A stretch of 64,000 nucleotides of DNA from the IMG/VR virus record IMGVR_UViG_3300025626_000006, positions 47,910 to 111,909 of that record, one strand, 5' to 3'. The notes beneath the pieces were generated by a model that worked only from the letters and a program-made list of their open reading frames with translations, was not told the DNA's origin and ran no database searches. This document shows, one piece after another, positions 50,144-59,121 of the stretch; the first letter of the stretch is position 1, and every line of letters starts with the position of its first letter. The position numbers were made by a program, and so were the translations under genes. Source of the stretch: a virus.

Positions 50144-50721
50144 TATCTTTCAGTATTAAAAAAGAAAGTCTGAAATAATCTACCATCATACTTATCTTGA
50201 CCAAAATAATCTAACGACATATGAAACTTATCACCTCTGTAAATGATTAATCTATTATATACATTAGCAAATCTATCTACCAGTTCCCATTTAGTCATGT
50301 CTTGTGCATCGTTACCAATTATATCCATCAACCCTTGGTCGTAAGAACCATCTGCGTGTCTTGGAGCTTCAGTAAGACCTGTTGTTTTATGTCTGAATAT
50401 ACCAGTACCACCACTTAGTGGAGCGTCTGGAGTTAAATAACAAACACCTGCCCATTTAGTAGTTTGGTCAGCATGAATCCAACTTCTGTCTCTTGATATT
50501 GTAAATTGATATGAACCTGTGTATTCATCACCCCATTCTATAACATTCCCCCAATTAGGCGATACTATATTATTAATAGTTTCTTTAATTGAGTCATTAA
50601 GAAATTGTTGGGTTCTTGGGCCAGGATAATTACCTCTAACTGAAAAATCTTGTTTTAATGCGAATTCTCTGACATCATCTACGTCTGTGTAGAAGTTGTC
50701 TATTATATATGCTTGTACCAT
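50143..50721 (-). CDS. 2OG-Fe(II) oxygenase-like (DUF6445-type)
   Basis: IIDNFY, WIHAD, YLTP, GT..FRH, NRL..Y....FH, RLFQTFF. Confidence 0.75.
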   Translation of the reverse strand: MVQAYIIDNFYTDVDDVREFALKQDFSVRGNYPGPRTQQFLNDSIKETINNIVSPNWGNVIEWGDEYTGSYQFTISRDRSWIHADQTTKWAGVCYLTPDAPLSGGTGIFRHKTTGLTEAPRHADGSYDQGLMDIIGNDAQDMTKWELVDRFANVYNRLIIYRGDKFHMSLDYFGQDKYDGRLFQTFFFNTER

Positions 50722-50738
50722 AACTAATTAATTTTAAT

Positions 50739-51647
50739 TTATTTCATATATTTTGTTATTGATTCAGGAGCATTATCCTTCACCCAACTAAATAATAAAC
50801 GTTTCCATACTTTTTCATTAACCATACCCTTACCTTCTCGTTTGATAGGTAATGCTAAGAAACCTTTTGCTATTCCTTTTACATCATTACCATCTGCGTC
50901 TTTATAGAATACAGTATGTTGTGGGTTATTTAGGATTACATCACATCTACCATTTAATCCTCGTGGCATTGCTTTTGTTACAAGACCCCATACAGTATTA
51001 GCCGCTCCTTCATGGGTCTTAAGTAAAATATCTTCAGGAACCATACGGGAACGTTCTCTGTTATTTTCCATAGCCGTTACATAGTTAGTAAGTACCCAAG
51101 TTAAGTGTATGTTTTTAGAATTATATCCAGCTTTTCTTAACTGTGGAATAATTGATGTGATATCAGTTACATCTTTAGCAGTAATGTCAAACATTATATT
51201 AGGTAGTACTTCAGGATTATTCTTACCCATTAACATAGCTTCGAGAGTTTTTTCTTTTATACCCATAGCTTTTACTAAAGTATGTAAAGCATAAACATGG
51301 TCTGGTTTTTTGAGATTCATGTTCTGAAGGTTATACCCATCCGCCTTAACTTGATTTATATTTTCCAAGTCTTTTGGTTTTATATTCTTACCATGTTTTT
51401 TAACAATAGTATCTATTGATATTTTACCAAATCGGTTTAGTATTTGAAGTGACTTTTTTAATTCATCTACGTCTCTTACTTTGAATGAGGCTGAGTCAAT
51501 AAAGTGACTTCCTGCGAAACCTTTACCACTACCAGCTCCACCAGCTAAAAATACAATTTGACCATAGTTACTTCTATTATTATAGGTTAATAACTTTTCG
51601 TCTAATTGTTCTTCTGTAATTACTTCTTGTATAAGTTCTTTAATCAT
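50739..51647 (-). CDS. P-loop kinase (zeta-toxin/AAA_33-like)
   Basis: FLAGGAGSGKG, MFDIT, GY, A..NN..R.R.VP. Confidence 0.7.
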   Translation of the reverse strand: MIKELIQEVITEEQLDEKLLTYNNRSNYGQIVFLAGGAGSGKGFAGSHFIDSASFKVRDVDELKKSLQILNRFGKISIDTIVKKHGKNIKPKDLENINQVKADGYNLQNMNLKKPDHVYALHTLVKAMGIKEKTLEAMLMGKNNPEVLPNIMFDITAKDVTDITSIIPQLRKAGYNSKNIHLTWVLTNYVTAMENNRERSRMVPEDILLKTHEGAANTVWGLVTKAMPRGLNGRCDVILNNPQHTVFYKDADGNDVKGIAKGFLALPIKREGKGMVNEKVWKRLLFSWVKDNAPESITKYMK

Positions 51648-51648
51648 A

Positions 51649-51870
51649 TTACTTCCTTAGTGGGAAATTTGGGTTATCTGAATTAGTTATTTTTTTAGAA
51701 GGTGTATATGGAAACATTTTATTTAGCTTATCTTGACGTTTTTTACATCCGCAATCTTCTGCTCCTGCTATTTCAGCAATCTTTTCAGCTAACTTGTCTA
51801 AACGAGTTGCTGATGTGATTTTAGCTATTGTATCTCCTAAACCTTCTGATTTATTCATCATCATTTCCAA
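51649..51870 (-). CDS. Conserved phage protein (GLGD...CGC..RQ..LN..FP)
   Basis: Motif visible in the translation. Confidence 0.6.
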   Translation of the reverse strand: MEMMMNKSEGLGDTIAKITSATRLDKLAEKIAEIAGAEDCGCKKRQDKLNKMFPYTPSKKITNSDNPNFPLRK

Positions 51871-52081
51871 TTCTTACGTTAAATCCGTTACTAATAAATA
51901 TGTCAAATAACCGTTCGACCATAACTTCTTCACCAGTATATATACAACAACTACCATTTTGATGAACAATACTTGCTATTGAATGTCCTTGGAGTGTTGG
52001 ATAAGATAAATAACGTCTTAGAATGTTCACAACATTCTCAAAACTATTAACGTCATCATTTAATAAATATAACTTTTTCAT
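51851..52081 (-). CDS. clpS: ClpS-like adaptor
   Basis: LYLLNDDVNSFENV...VHQNG.C. Confidence 0.75.
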   Translation of the reverse strand: MKKLYLLNDDVNSFENVVNILRRYLSYPTLQGHSIASIVHQNGSCCIYTGEEVMVERLFDIFISNGFNVRIGNDDE

Positions 52082-52086
52082 TATTT

Positions 52087-52275
52087 CTATAACTCGTATC
52101 TTATTACCTCTGTAATGTCATACTTGTTCTTATATTTTGTAATATAAATGTCTAATTCCATCTCATTACACAACTCGGCTTCAATTGACTGATTTGTTTC
52201 TGACTTCACATACACTATGTGTGTGTTTTCTGTACTCTCTAAATCATCATTTAGTTCTTTTATTTCTATTTTCAT
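52087..52275 (-). CDS. Hypothetical protein
   Basis: 62-aa ORF. Confidence 0.4.
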   Translation of the reverse strand: MKIEIKELNDDLESTENTHIVYVKSETNQSIEAELCNEMELDIYITKYKNKYDITEVIRYEL

Positions 52276-52462
52276 TATGACTCTCCATCATATCTAATAA
52301 CTCTTGTACTTTTTTACATTTTAAGTATTCTTCAGTACTTAAATAGTGGTCAAGTAATTTTGTCAATATTTTATATTTCGTTGTACCATCTACAAACGTA
52401 GGATTGTACGACATAATGTCATACACTTCATCCATAGCTTTCTCAATGTACTTGTCTTCCAT
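52247..52462 (-). CDS. Hypothetical protein with UVR-like EEYxKC end
   Basis: L..Y...EEYLKC. Confidence 0.45.
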   Translation of the reverse strand: MEDKYIEKAMDEVYDIMSYNPTFVDGTTKYKILTKLLDHYLSTEEYLKCKKVQELLDMMESHNENRNKRTK

Positions 52463-52488
52463 AAATATGATTCGTGAAGTTAATAAAA

Positions 52489-52869
52489 CTATATTTTAGC
52501 GAGAGCTTCTGATAAAATCCACCCTAAAATACCAACAAGACCACTAAAAAGTACCCAAAGTGCTTTTACTACACCACTTTTCCACTCTTTTAAGTTAGAT
52601 ATTTCATTTTGGAGTTCAATAAATTCTTCTTGAATACCTTCTGTATCGAGTCTGGCATCCGTATTTTTGTTAACTCTTACTATTACACCATTTTCTGGAT
52701 TTAGTAAGGTATATTTAATATCTGATAAGTCTTCTTTTATATCTCCATATGTCATTTTCATATCCTTGATAGTATGTTCCATTCGTTTAAGCTCTCCGTT
52801 TGGGAGCTTAGTTTTCATAGACGCTATTTCGTCAAGTATATTTTCTAAGATATCTTTTTGTGTAGCCAT
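52489..52869 (-). CDS. Coiled-coil protein with C-terminal TM (holin/hemolysin-like)
   Basis: Coiled coil plus a single C-terminal TM helix; late motif upstream. Confidence 0.4.
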   Translation of the reverse strand: MATQKDILENILDEIASMKTKLPNGELKRMEHTIKDMKMTYGDIKEDLSDIKYTLLNPENGVIVRVNKNTDARLDTEGIQEEFIELQNEISNLKEWKSGVVKALWVLFSGLVGILGWILSEALAKI

Positions 52870-52888
52870 TTGAAGAACCCTCTTTTAT

Positions 52889-53461
52889 TTAATATAAATA
52901 TGAGGTAAACTCACTATTAATATGATTTTCAAGTAAATCTTTTCGTTTAGATTCACTAAAGTGTTCTAGTGCTAGTACTGACTTTATTCTTACTTCTGGA
53001 TATTTTCTTTGAAGTTGTTGTACTGCTTTGACATTCTTTATAGAATCGTCCATAAAAGCAATATCCGTATAACCTTTTTTGATATGTTTTTCTATCCAAT
53101 CAGCTTTGTCTTTTGGGTTGTTACTCCCTAAAGTTACTGGATATACATCTAACCCATACTCATCTTTAAAGAACTTTCTGATTGGGAATCCTATTTTACG
53201 TGCCGTTAGTATCGTTACTTTCTTACTTGGATTCTTTAACATACGTTGTAATAGTTTGAAGTTTTTCTTTATGACCTGTGGTTCATTCAGCATACTATTA
53301 AAATCTTTAAAATCAAATTCGTCACCTGGTTTTTCTTTGTACTTAGCGTATTCACCAGGATTCAAAGTAGATTTCTTACCATCTTTATGTGTTACATAGA
53401 TGTAGGCAACACTCTTAGCAAGTGTGTCATCAAAATCAAATACTCTTAATGTTCTTCCCAT
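52889..53461 (-). CDS. HAD-family phosphatase
   Basis: FDFDDTL...ILTAR...K...FMDDS.KN. Confidence 0.8.
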   Translation of the reverse strand: MGRTLRVFDFDDTLAKSVAYIYVTHKDGKKSTLNPGEYAKYKEKPGDEFDFKDFNSMLNEPQVIKKNFKLLQRMLKNPSKKVTILTARKIGFPIRKFFKDEYGLDVYPVTLGSNNPKDKADWIEKHIKKGYTDIAFMDDSIKNVKAVQQLQRKYPEVRIKSVLALEHFSESKRKDLLENHINSEFTSYLY

Positions 53462-53505
53462 AATTTTTACCTTTTAGTGAATACAATATACAACAATTTA
53501 TTGAC

Positions 53506-53832
53506 TTATCCTAACTTTTTTACTATAAAGTCTATATCTACTTGAATACCATAACCTGCACCTTCAAAGTCATTCAATGGTTTAAATTTAATTTTGGTCT
53601 TCTTTTCAGCATATTTAACTAATTGTTTAGTTATAGCATCTTTTGATATATCACCTAATTTATCTATCTTATCTAAATCAACTGATTTTCTTGGAATAAA
53701 CTGTATTACATTATGTAACCTACCATGTACTAAGAAATCAGCTATTTCTGATATTGAATCAGCGTTTTTATCGTTAGATTGTAATAGTATCTTTCCTTCG
53801 TTTAATAAATCTTTTAATTTCATAATTTTCAT
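53506..53832 (-). CDS. Hypothetical protein with MKLKDLLNE leader
   Basis: Leader resembles a capsid-targeting peptide. Confidence 0.5.
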   Translation of the reverse strand: MKIMKLKDLLNEGKILLQSNDKNADSISEIADFLVHGRLHNVIQFIPRKSVDLDKIDKLGDISKDAITKQLVKYAEKKTKIKFKPLNDFEGAGYGIQVDIDFIVKKLG

Positions 53833-53978
53833 AATTTTACCTTTATTATCTTACTGATATAAGTTTCTTTTTATATAATCTTCTATAAATCCAACCTCAA
53901 CTTGATATGGTCTCCACAATCCTATGGTGAGAGGTTTATACTTCCATTCTTTAAATTCTGTAATTTTTAATTCTTTCA

Positions 53979-54212
53979 TTAGAATGGTAACATTGTCATA
54001 CCAACTTTATTTAGTAGGAATTCCATAATAACTACAAATGTTATTCCACCTACTATCTGCCATACCCAAAATTGCCATCCAGTTAAACTTTCTTGCCATT
54101 TACGAAACTTACTTCTTTTAGCCCACTCATATACTCCTAGCTTAGAGTTGATTTTATTAGCCCACCAACCCATATCAAATAGGTTACCAAACATAATTAA
54201 TAATTTTCTCAT
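53979..54212 (-). CDS. Trp-rich small membrane protein
   Basis: C-terminal TM helix. Confidence 0.5.
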   Translation of the reverse strand: MRKLLIMFGNLFDMGWWANKINSKLGVYEWAKRSKFRKWQESLTGWQFWVWQIVGGITFVVIMEFLLNKVGMTMLPF

Positions 54213-55900
54213 ATAGATACCTTTTGATTCTGAGTTTTGAAATCTTTCTTTCTCATCACAGTTTTAGCTATTACTTTATTAGCTTGTTTCATAAAAGGTA
54301 TATTGATATTGGTTCTATCATCTACAGCGACTACTTGCTTATATGTATCTAAGAATGATAAGAACTCTTTTTTCTTTTTAGATAACCTTTTAAAGAATCC
54401 TATAAGTTCTGCTTTTGATATCTCTTTATCATTTCTTGGGTCGTTTAACCTATCAAAGAAATGTTTATCTGTAAGTACTACATCTACTGGATTGAGTTTC
54501 TTATCAGCGAATGTATCTATTTGTTTTAAATCACCCATTGGGATTTCTGATAAGGGTTCTCTGATTGTTGGTGATGGGTGATTCTTATCAATACATCTAC
54601 CATCCAATGTTGTTGGATTTTTACATTTATTACCAAATCTATCAAAATAGATTTCTGTAAATATGTTTTGTGTTCCTGCGTTTCCAACATAAGAAACAAA
54701 ATACACTCTTTGTTTACCAACTTTTTTAGAAAGTACTTGTCCTTCTTTACCTGATTTTTCAAGTTCTTTTTGTGCATTATCAGGTTTTAAATAAAAGTTT
54801 CTCTTTTGTTTCATTAGAGATGCTTTTTTACTTTTCTTCTTCTTCTTCGGTTTTTTCTTTTCTGTGATGAATTTCTGTTCTTTAGCGACCTTTAATACTT
54901 TTTTCTTTTGAGAATTTGATAGTTTATGGTAATCAGGTCCAAATTCTTTGTGTGAGATTACATCTAACATATCCATTACAGTTGTACGGTTCGATAGTTT
55001 TTTACTACCTTGTGGATGTGCACTTTCTGGCGAATCTTCTTTTTTCAATCTACTTTTCTCAGCTCTACCTCTGTTCTTAGATTCATCTTCGAATCCAACA
55101 ATCTTCCCACCTTTGTGAGATGCATCTTTACCATCACCATTACCATAAGTACCTTTGTCTCTGTTGTACTTATTTAGTTCTGCTCTATACTTCTTTGCTT
55201 TCTTAGATTTTCCGTATTTTGCGTATTCTTTTTTGTAATCTCGTTTAGTTTCTTCACCAATATTTAATCTTTTGTAATCTTTTGATGTAGTTTGATGTGG
55301 TTGATTATCATGACCACATTTATGACATATGTATAAATCATCACCACCATCTTTTATCATCCAAGTCCAACCACAATTAGAACACTCTATCTTGTCAGCC
55401 ATTATTGTTTCTTTAAGACCAGTGATTTTGTTAGTTTTTTTCCAAGCTTTTTTATCAAATATCAAGTCATCTTTGACCATCATTATCATTAAATCTCTTC
55501 CGAACTTGTTACCATTTTTGATGTGAGTATATTCTTTAGCATTTTTTCTAGCCCACTTGTACCATAATGCTGATAAAGTTAAGAACATCTTACCACCATC
55601 TCCAGAATGTTTGATGAGTTCTTTTTTGAACATCTTTCTATTTTTGTATGCATATTTCTTAAAATCTAAATATACAAACTCATTAGGACTATCCATAGGA
55701 ATAGGTCGGCCTTCTATTATTGATTCTTCTACCGATGGTAATAGTCTAAATTTCATGAATGGTCTACCATTAATTGTGATATCACCTTTTTCATTCTTAT
55801 CAATAGATTTAACGACAATTCTCTTGTTTTTAAATTTACCACCTAAAACTGTATCACCTACCTTAATTGGTATTACTATATTTTCCCAAAGAATTCTCAT
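54209..55900 (-). CDS. Multidomain putative internal head polyprotein
   Basis: KOW-like, Zn-ribbon (CSNCG...CHKCG), HNH-like (RDYKKEY...GDGKDASH...NR) and HFFDRLNDPRN modules, separated by hydrophobic-x-E linkers. Confidence 0.55.
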   Translation of the reverse strand: MRILWENIVIPIKVGDTVLGGKFKNKRIVVKSIDKNEKGDITINGRPFMKFRLLPSVEESIIEGRPIPMDSPNEFVYLDFKKYAYKNRKMFKKELIKHSGDGGKMFLTLSALWYKWARKNAKEYTHIKNGNKFGRDLMIMMVKDDLIFDKKAWKKTNKITGLKETIMADKIECSNCGWTWMIKDGGDDLYICHKCGHDNQPHQTTSKDYKRLNIGEETKRDYKKEYAKYGKSKKAKKYRAELNKYNRDKGTYGNGDGKDASHKGGKIVGFEDESKNRGRAEKSRLKKEDSPESAHPQGSKKLSNRTTVMDMLDVISHKEFGPDYHKLSNSQKKKVLKVAKEQKFITEKKKPKKKKKSKKASLMKQKRNFYLKPDNAQKELEKSGKEGQVLSKKVGKQRVYFVSYVGNAGTQNIFTEIYFDRFGNKCKNPTTLDGRCIDKNHPSPTIREPLSEIPMGDLKQIDTFADKKLNPVDVVLTDKHFFDRLNDPRNDKEISKAELIGFFKRLSKKKKEFLSFLDTYKQVVAVDDRTNINIPFMKQANKVIAKTVMRKKDFKTQNQKVSI

Positions 55901-56544
55901 AACCTACTTGTTTTTTTTAAATATTTAAACATAGAATATCCTAACTTCATACCAAATGAAGAATCACTTGGATAATGAGCTCTAGCTATGTTTCTACTTT
56001 TAGATATATCTCTACCTAAACTCATTAGATTATATTCATGTGATGGATACATATCTGATAATACTTTTCCGATTAATATTCCCTGCGTAGAATGTCCTGA
56101 TGGATACGATGGTGTTTGCATTGAGTCCATCATATGTGTTTTACCAATATCTACATTAATCAAAGGATGTGATGCCAATTGAGAAGGTCTAGGTCTATTG
56201 TAATGATACTTTAACTTCATTATTACAATAGATGAGTCATCTAATAAAGACTCAATTAGAGAGGATGGGAACTCGATTCCAGCTGAGTCACAATATTCTT
56301 TGAATACTTTATCAACGTTATCCATTTCCTTTACGAAGTTATTATCAATTCTTAGTTTTGATAATTCTTCTAACTCCAACTTTACAGCTGAAGATGTATT
56401 ACAATGTGGTGGGTTACTTTGGAATTGATTCCATTCGAATCCAGCCAACATCGATGGTTTAGAGTTAAGTTTTTGTAGATGTTTTGGATTGATATCATCT
56501 GTGTAACCTAACGTTTTCAGATTTAAAATATCAGTTAGTTTCAT
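55897..56544 (-). CDS. PAP2/haloperoxidase-family phosphatase
   Basis: K..YNRPRP, PSYPSGH, SR.IA.AHYPSD. Confidence 0.9.
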   Translation of the reverse strand: MKLTDILNLKTLGYTDDINPKHLQKLNSKPSMLAGFEWNQFQSNPPHCNTSSAVKLELEELSKLRIDNNFVKEMDNVDKVFKEYCDSAGIEFPSSLIESLLDDSSIVIMKLKYHYNRPRPSQLASHPLINVDIGKTHMMDSMQTPSYPSGHSTQGILIGKVLSDMYPSHEYNLMSLGRDISKSRNIARAHYPSDSSFGMKLGYSMFKYLKKTSRL

Positions 56545-56675
56545 CTACCTTGTCCTTTATATTTTTTCTTGTAGTTTTTACTATGTTTACTACTTGAATT
56601 TTTGTTCTTTGAATGTACACCTGGTCGTTTTTTACTATGTGTTTTTCTGTGATTTGATGCGATTATTTTTGCCAT
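56541..56675 (-). CDS. 44-aa basic peptide ending YKGQGR
   Basis: MAKIIASNHRKTHSKKRPGVHSKNKNSSSKHSKNYKKKYKGQGR, with ATGA coupling to the PAP2 gene. Confidence 0.65.
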   Translation of the reverse strand: MAKIIASNHRKTHSKKRPGVHSKNKNSSSKHSKNYKKKYKGQGR

Positions 56676-56687
56676 AACATATACCTT

Positions 56688-57101
56688 CTAAAATTGAGAA
56701 GCTTTTTTTAATTCATTTACTGCTTCTTGAAGTTCATCTAAATTAACAGGACATTCTAAATCTAACCCTGCTTTAAATACAGTTTCCTTTATACCATCTT
56801 TAAAAATAATTAAAGTAGGAGCCATTCTTATTCTATATTCTTTTTTAGCTACTGGTGCGTTTGCGATATCGACTCTGTAATAGTGAGTGACACCTTCTAA
56901 CTTATCCCAATCAGTAAATGCGTTTGATTCATTAAACTTTGCCCAAAACTCGATAACTATAATACTTACTTCATCATCACCAAACGCTGACTTTTCATGA
57001 ATTGCGTTATCGAACTTATTATCGTCAATATATTCTTGTCCGTATGAGTTTAAAAATAAACTCATCATTGTTAAAACTAATATCTTTTTCATACATCCCA
57101 A
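56688..57101 (-). CDS. Secreted thioredoxin-fold protein lacking CxxC
   Basis: Signal peptide; VIEFWAKFN, YRVDI, APTLIIFKDG. Confidence 0.7.
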   Translation of the reverse strand: MGCMKKILVLTMMSLFLNSYGQEYIDDNKFDNAIHEKSAFGDDEVSIIVIEFWAKFNESNAFTDWDKLEGVTHYYRVDIANAPVAKKEYRIRMAPTLIIFKDGIKETVFKAGLDLECPVNLDELQEAVNELKKASQF

Positions 57102-57107
57102 ATTTAA

Positions 57108-57389
57108 TTATTTTTTAGACATATCGTACATACGTTCTTCTAGCTTATCGAATTTTTCTAAAAGCATTTCAACATCTTCTTGAGTGTCCATAATAGTTTG
57201 TCGGATGAGTTCATCCTTTAAATCGTACTCTACTCTCTCAATCACAGGTTCAGGAAGTTCCATAGCTCTCTGAATATCTGCTTGTAATGCAAACCACATC
57301 CCTACTAAGGACGCAATTCCAACTGCTATCATACCGATGGTCTTTAAATCTAACGTTACTTTTGTTTCTTCACCAATTTGTTTAGCCAT
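57108..57389 (-). CDS. Single-TM coiled-coil protein
   Basis: TM helix followed by a coiled coil. Confidence 0.55.
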   Translation of the reverse strand: MAKQIGEETKVTLDLKTIGMIAVGIASLVGMWFALQADIQRAMELPEPVIERVEYDLKDELIRQTIMDTQEDVEMLLEKFDKLEERMYDMSKK

Positions 57390-57401
57390 ATTTCCCTTTT
57401 A

Positions 57402-58619
57402 CTATTTGAAAGTGTAGTTAATACCAAAAGTTGTTTGGTACAACTTACTATCCCACATTTTAGAATATTCACCCTCTATGAAAATTCCTAAATTTTTTCC
57501 TATTTTTGTTCCTAAGCTAATCCCTGCTGAGTAGTCATCCCATTGTTCTAATTCCGAATCTTGTATTAATCCTCCTCTTCCCCAGTTGTTTCTATTTAAA
57601 TAACTAAATTCTTCTTCACCAGCAATGTATTTGTGAGCTGGAAGAATGTAGTTGGCATAAGCATGAAACCAAAAATCTGATTTGTAGTGGTAGAAATCGA
57701 ATCCGATGATTGGAGCAACTTCCATCCATGGGTCTAATAAATCCCATGCTTCACCATTAAAACGGTTAATTAATCCAGGCATTACTTCTTCTCTAAAATT
57801 TAAATCAGAATGTGCTACTTGATTTCCATCAGCATCTACCCAACACCAATCTTGAGTTACATTACCATTTTCATCTGTTGATGTATAAAATATATCATCA
57901 TACCCATATTCAAATCCTAGGGCATACCATTGATTAGTATAATAAGGTACACCATTGGCATCTGGTTCCATTTCGTTTAACCAAATTTCAAATGGATTAT
58001 ACCCATAAGCTCTTTCATGACCTCTAGCTATAACCCCTGCTGAAACACTAAACTTTTTACCTATTGGTAATCTTCCTCTTACTTCAGCTGAGTTGTATTT
58101 AAGATTGATTTTACCTACTTCTCTTGATTGTATTTTTACAATATGATATTTACCTGTATGTTTTAAAAAGTAGTTAAAGTTTGTAAAATTTTCCCCTCTC
58201 CATCTTTCTTTTTCATAGTGAAATTGATATTCTAAACCTTGTACTGCAGATGTTGGAGCTCCAAACACTAATTGTTCTTCTGTACCATCATAAAAGTTTT
58301 TAGGTTTTCTTTCGTAATCAAATCTAGCTAATTTTCTAATACCAAATCCATATCTATAGTCATAAGGAAAGACAGGTGTATTATCTACTACATCTGGAGT
58401 AGAGTATATACTTCCATCGGGGTTAGTTCTTAAAAAATATGTAGGTTCTGCTGCTTCTACAGAGTTACTTATATCTCCTGCTCCGTAAAGTGTTCCATAC
58501 TTTAAGAAGTCTTGATAGAATTCTTTTAAGAATGAATCTTTCTTTTCTTTTTTAGCTTCTTGTGCTACTGTACTATATGATATGAATATACATAATAGTA
58601 AAATTAATAATTTTTTCAT
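57402..58619 (-). CDS. Putative outer-membrane beta-barrel protein
   Basis: Signal peptide, aromatic-rich amphipathic strands and a C-terminal FGINYTF beta-signal. Confidence 0.65.
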   Translation of the reverse strand: MKKLLILLLCIFISYSTVAQEAKKEKKDSFLKEFYQDFLKYGTLYGAGDISNSVEAAEPTYFLRTNPDGSIYSTPDVVDNTPVFPYDYRYGFGIRKLARFDYERKPKNFYDGTEEQLVFGAPTSAVQGLEYQFHYEKERWRGENFTNFNYFLKHTGKYHIVKIQSREVGKINLKYNSAEVRGRLPIGKKFSVSAGVIARGHERAYGYNPFEIWLNEMEPDANGVPYYTNQWYALGFEYGYDDIFYTSTDENGNVTQDWCWVDADGNQVAHSDLNFREEVMPGLINRFNGEAWDLLDPWMEVAPIIGFDFYHYKSDFWFHAYANYILPAHKYIAGEEEFSYLNRNNWGRGGLIQDSELEQWDDYSAGISLGTKIGKNLGIFIEGEYSKMWDSKLYQTTFGINYTFK

Positions 58620-58678
58620 TGTTTCCCTCTATTGTATTCTGATATAAATATACAAAAATTAATTTAAAAGTCCTAATT

Positions 58679-59119
58679 TTACTTGAGAATCTTCTCGATA
58701 GCCTTCTTAACTGCCGATGCGAACGTTGTTTTATCAAATGGTATTTCATCATTCTGTAAATCTATAAATGTAGCTTCTACCGTAGATTTAGCTTTTCCTT
58801 CAACCTCAATTACCTTTCCATCCATATAGATTAGTAAAGTAACTATTGTCTTTTTACTCACTTTAGTCCATGGGCCAAGTTGGATTCCTGTCTGAGGAGC
58901 TTCTATTGATTGTACAATAACCTCAACAGGTTTTCCATCCATACACAAATCATATTTATCTGAGATGATGTCTTCCATCATTTGTTTAATACCAAATACA
59001 ATCCTTCTTTGACTAATCTCTTCCATTTCAATTGTAGTTGTTACTCCCTTAACAGAATAACAATCTTTTTGTGCTAATAATAATGTAGGTAATAGTAAAA
59101 GTATTAATAATTTTTTCAT
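58679..59119 (-). CDS. Secreted protein, possible CsgG-fold partner
   Basis: Signal peptide; ends FDKTTFASAVKKAIE, paralleling the CsgG-like FNQSTIGIATKKALE. Confidence 0.5.
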   Translation of the reverse strand: MKKLLILLLLPTLLLAQKDCYSVKGVTTTIEMEEISQRRIVFGIKQMMEDIISDKYDLCMDGKPVEVIVQSIEAPQTGIQLGPWTKVSKKTIVTLLIYMDGKVIEVEGKAKSTVEATFIDLQNDEIPFDKTTFASAVKKAIEKILK

Positions 59120-59121
59120 AA

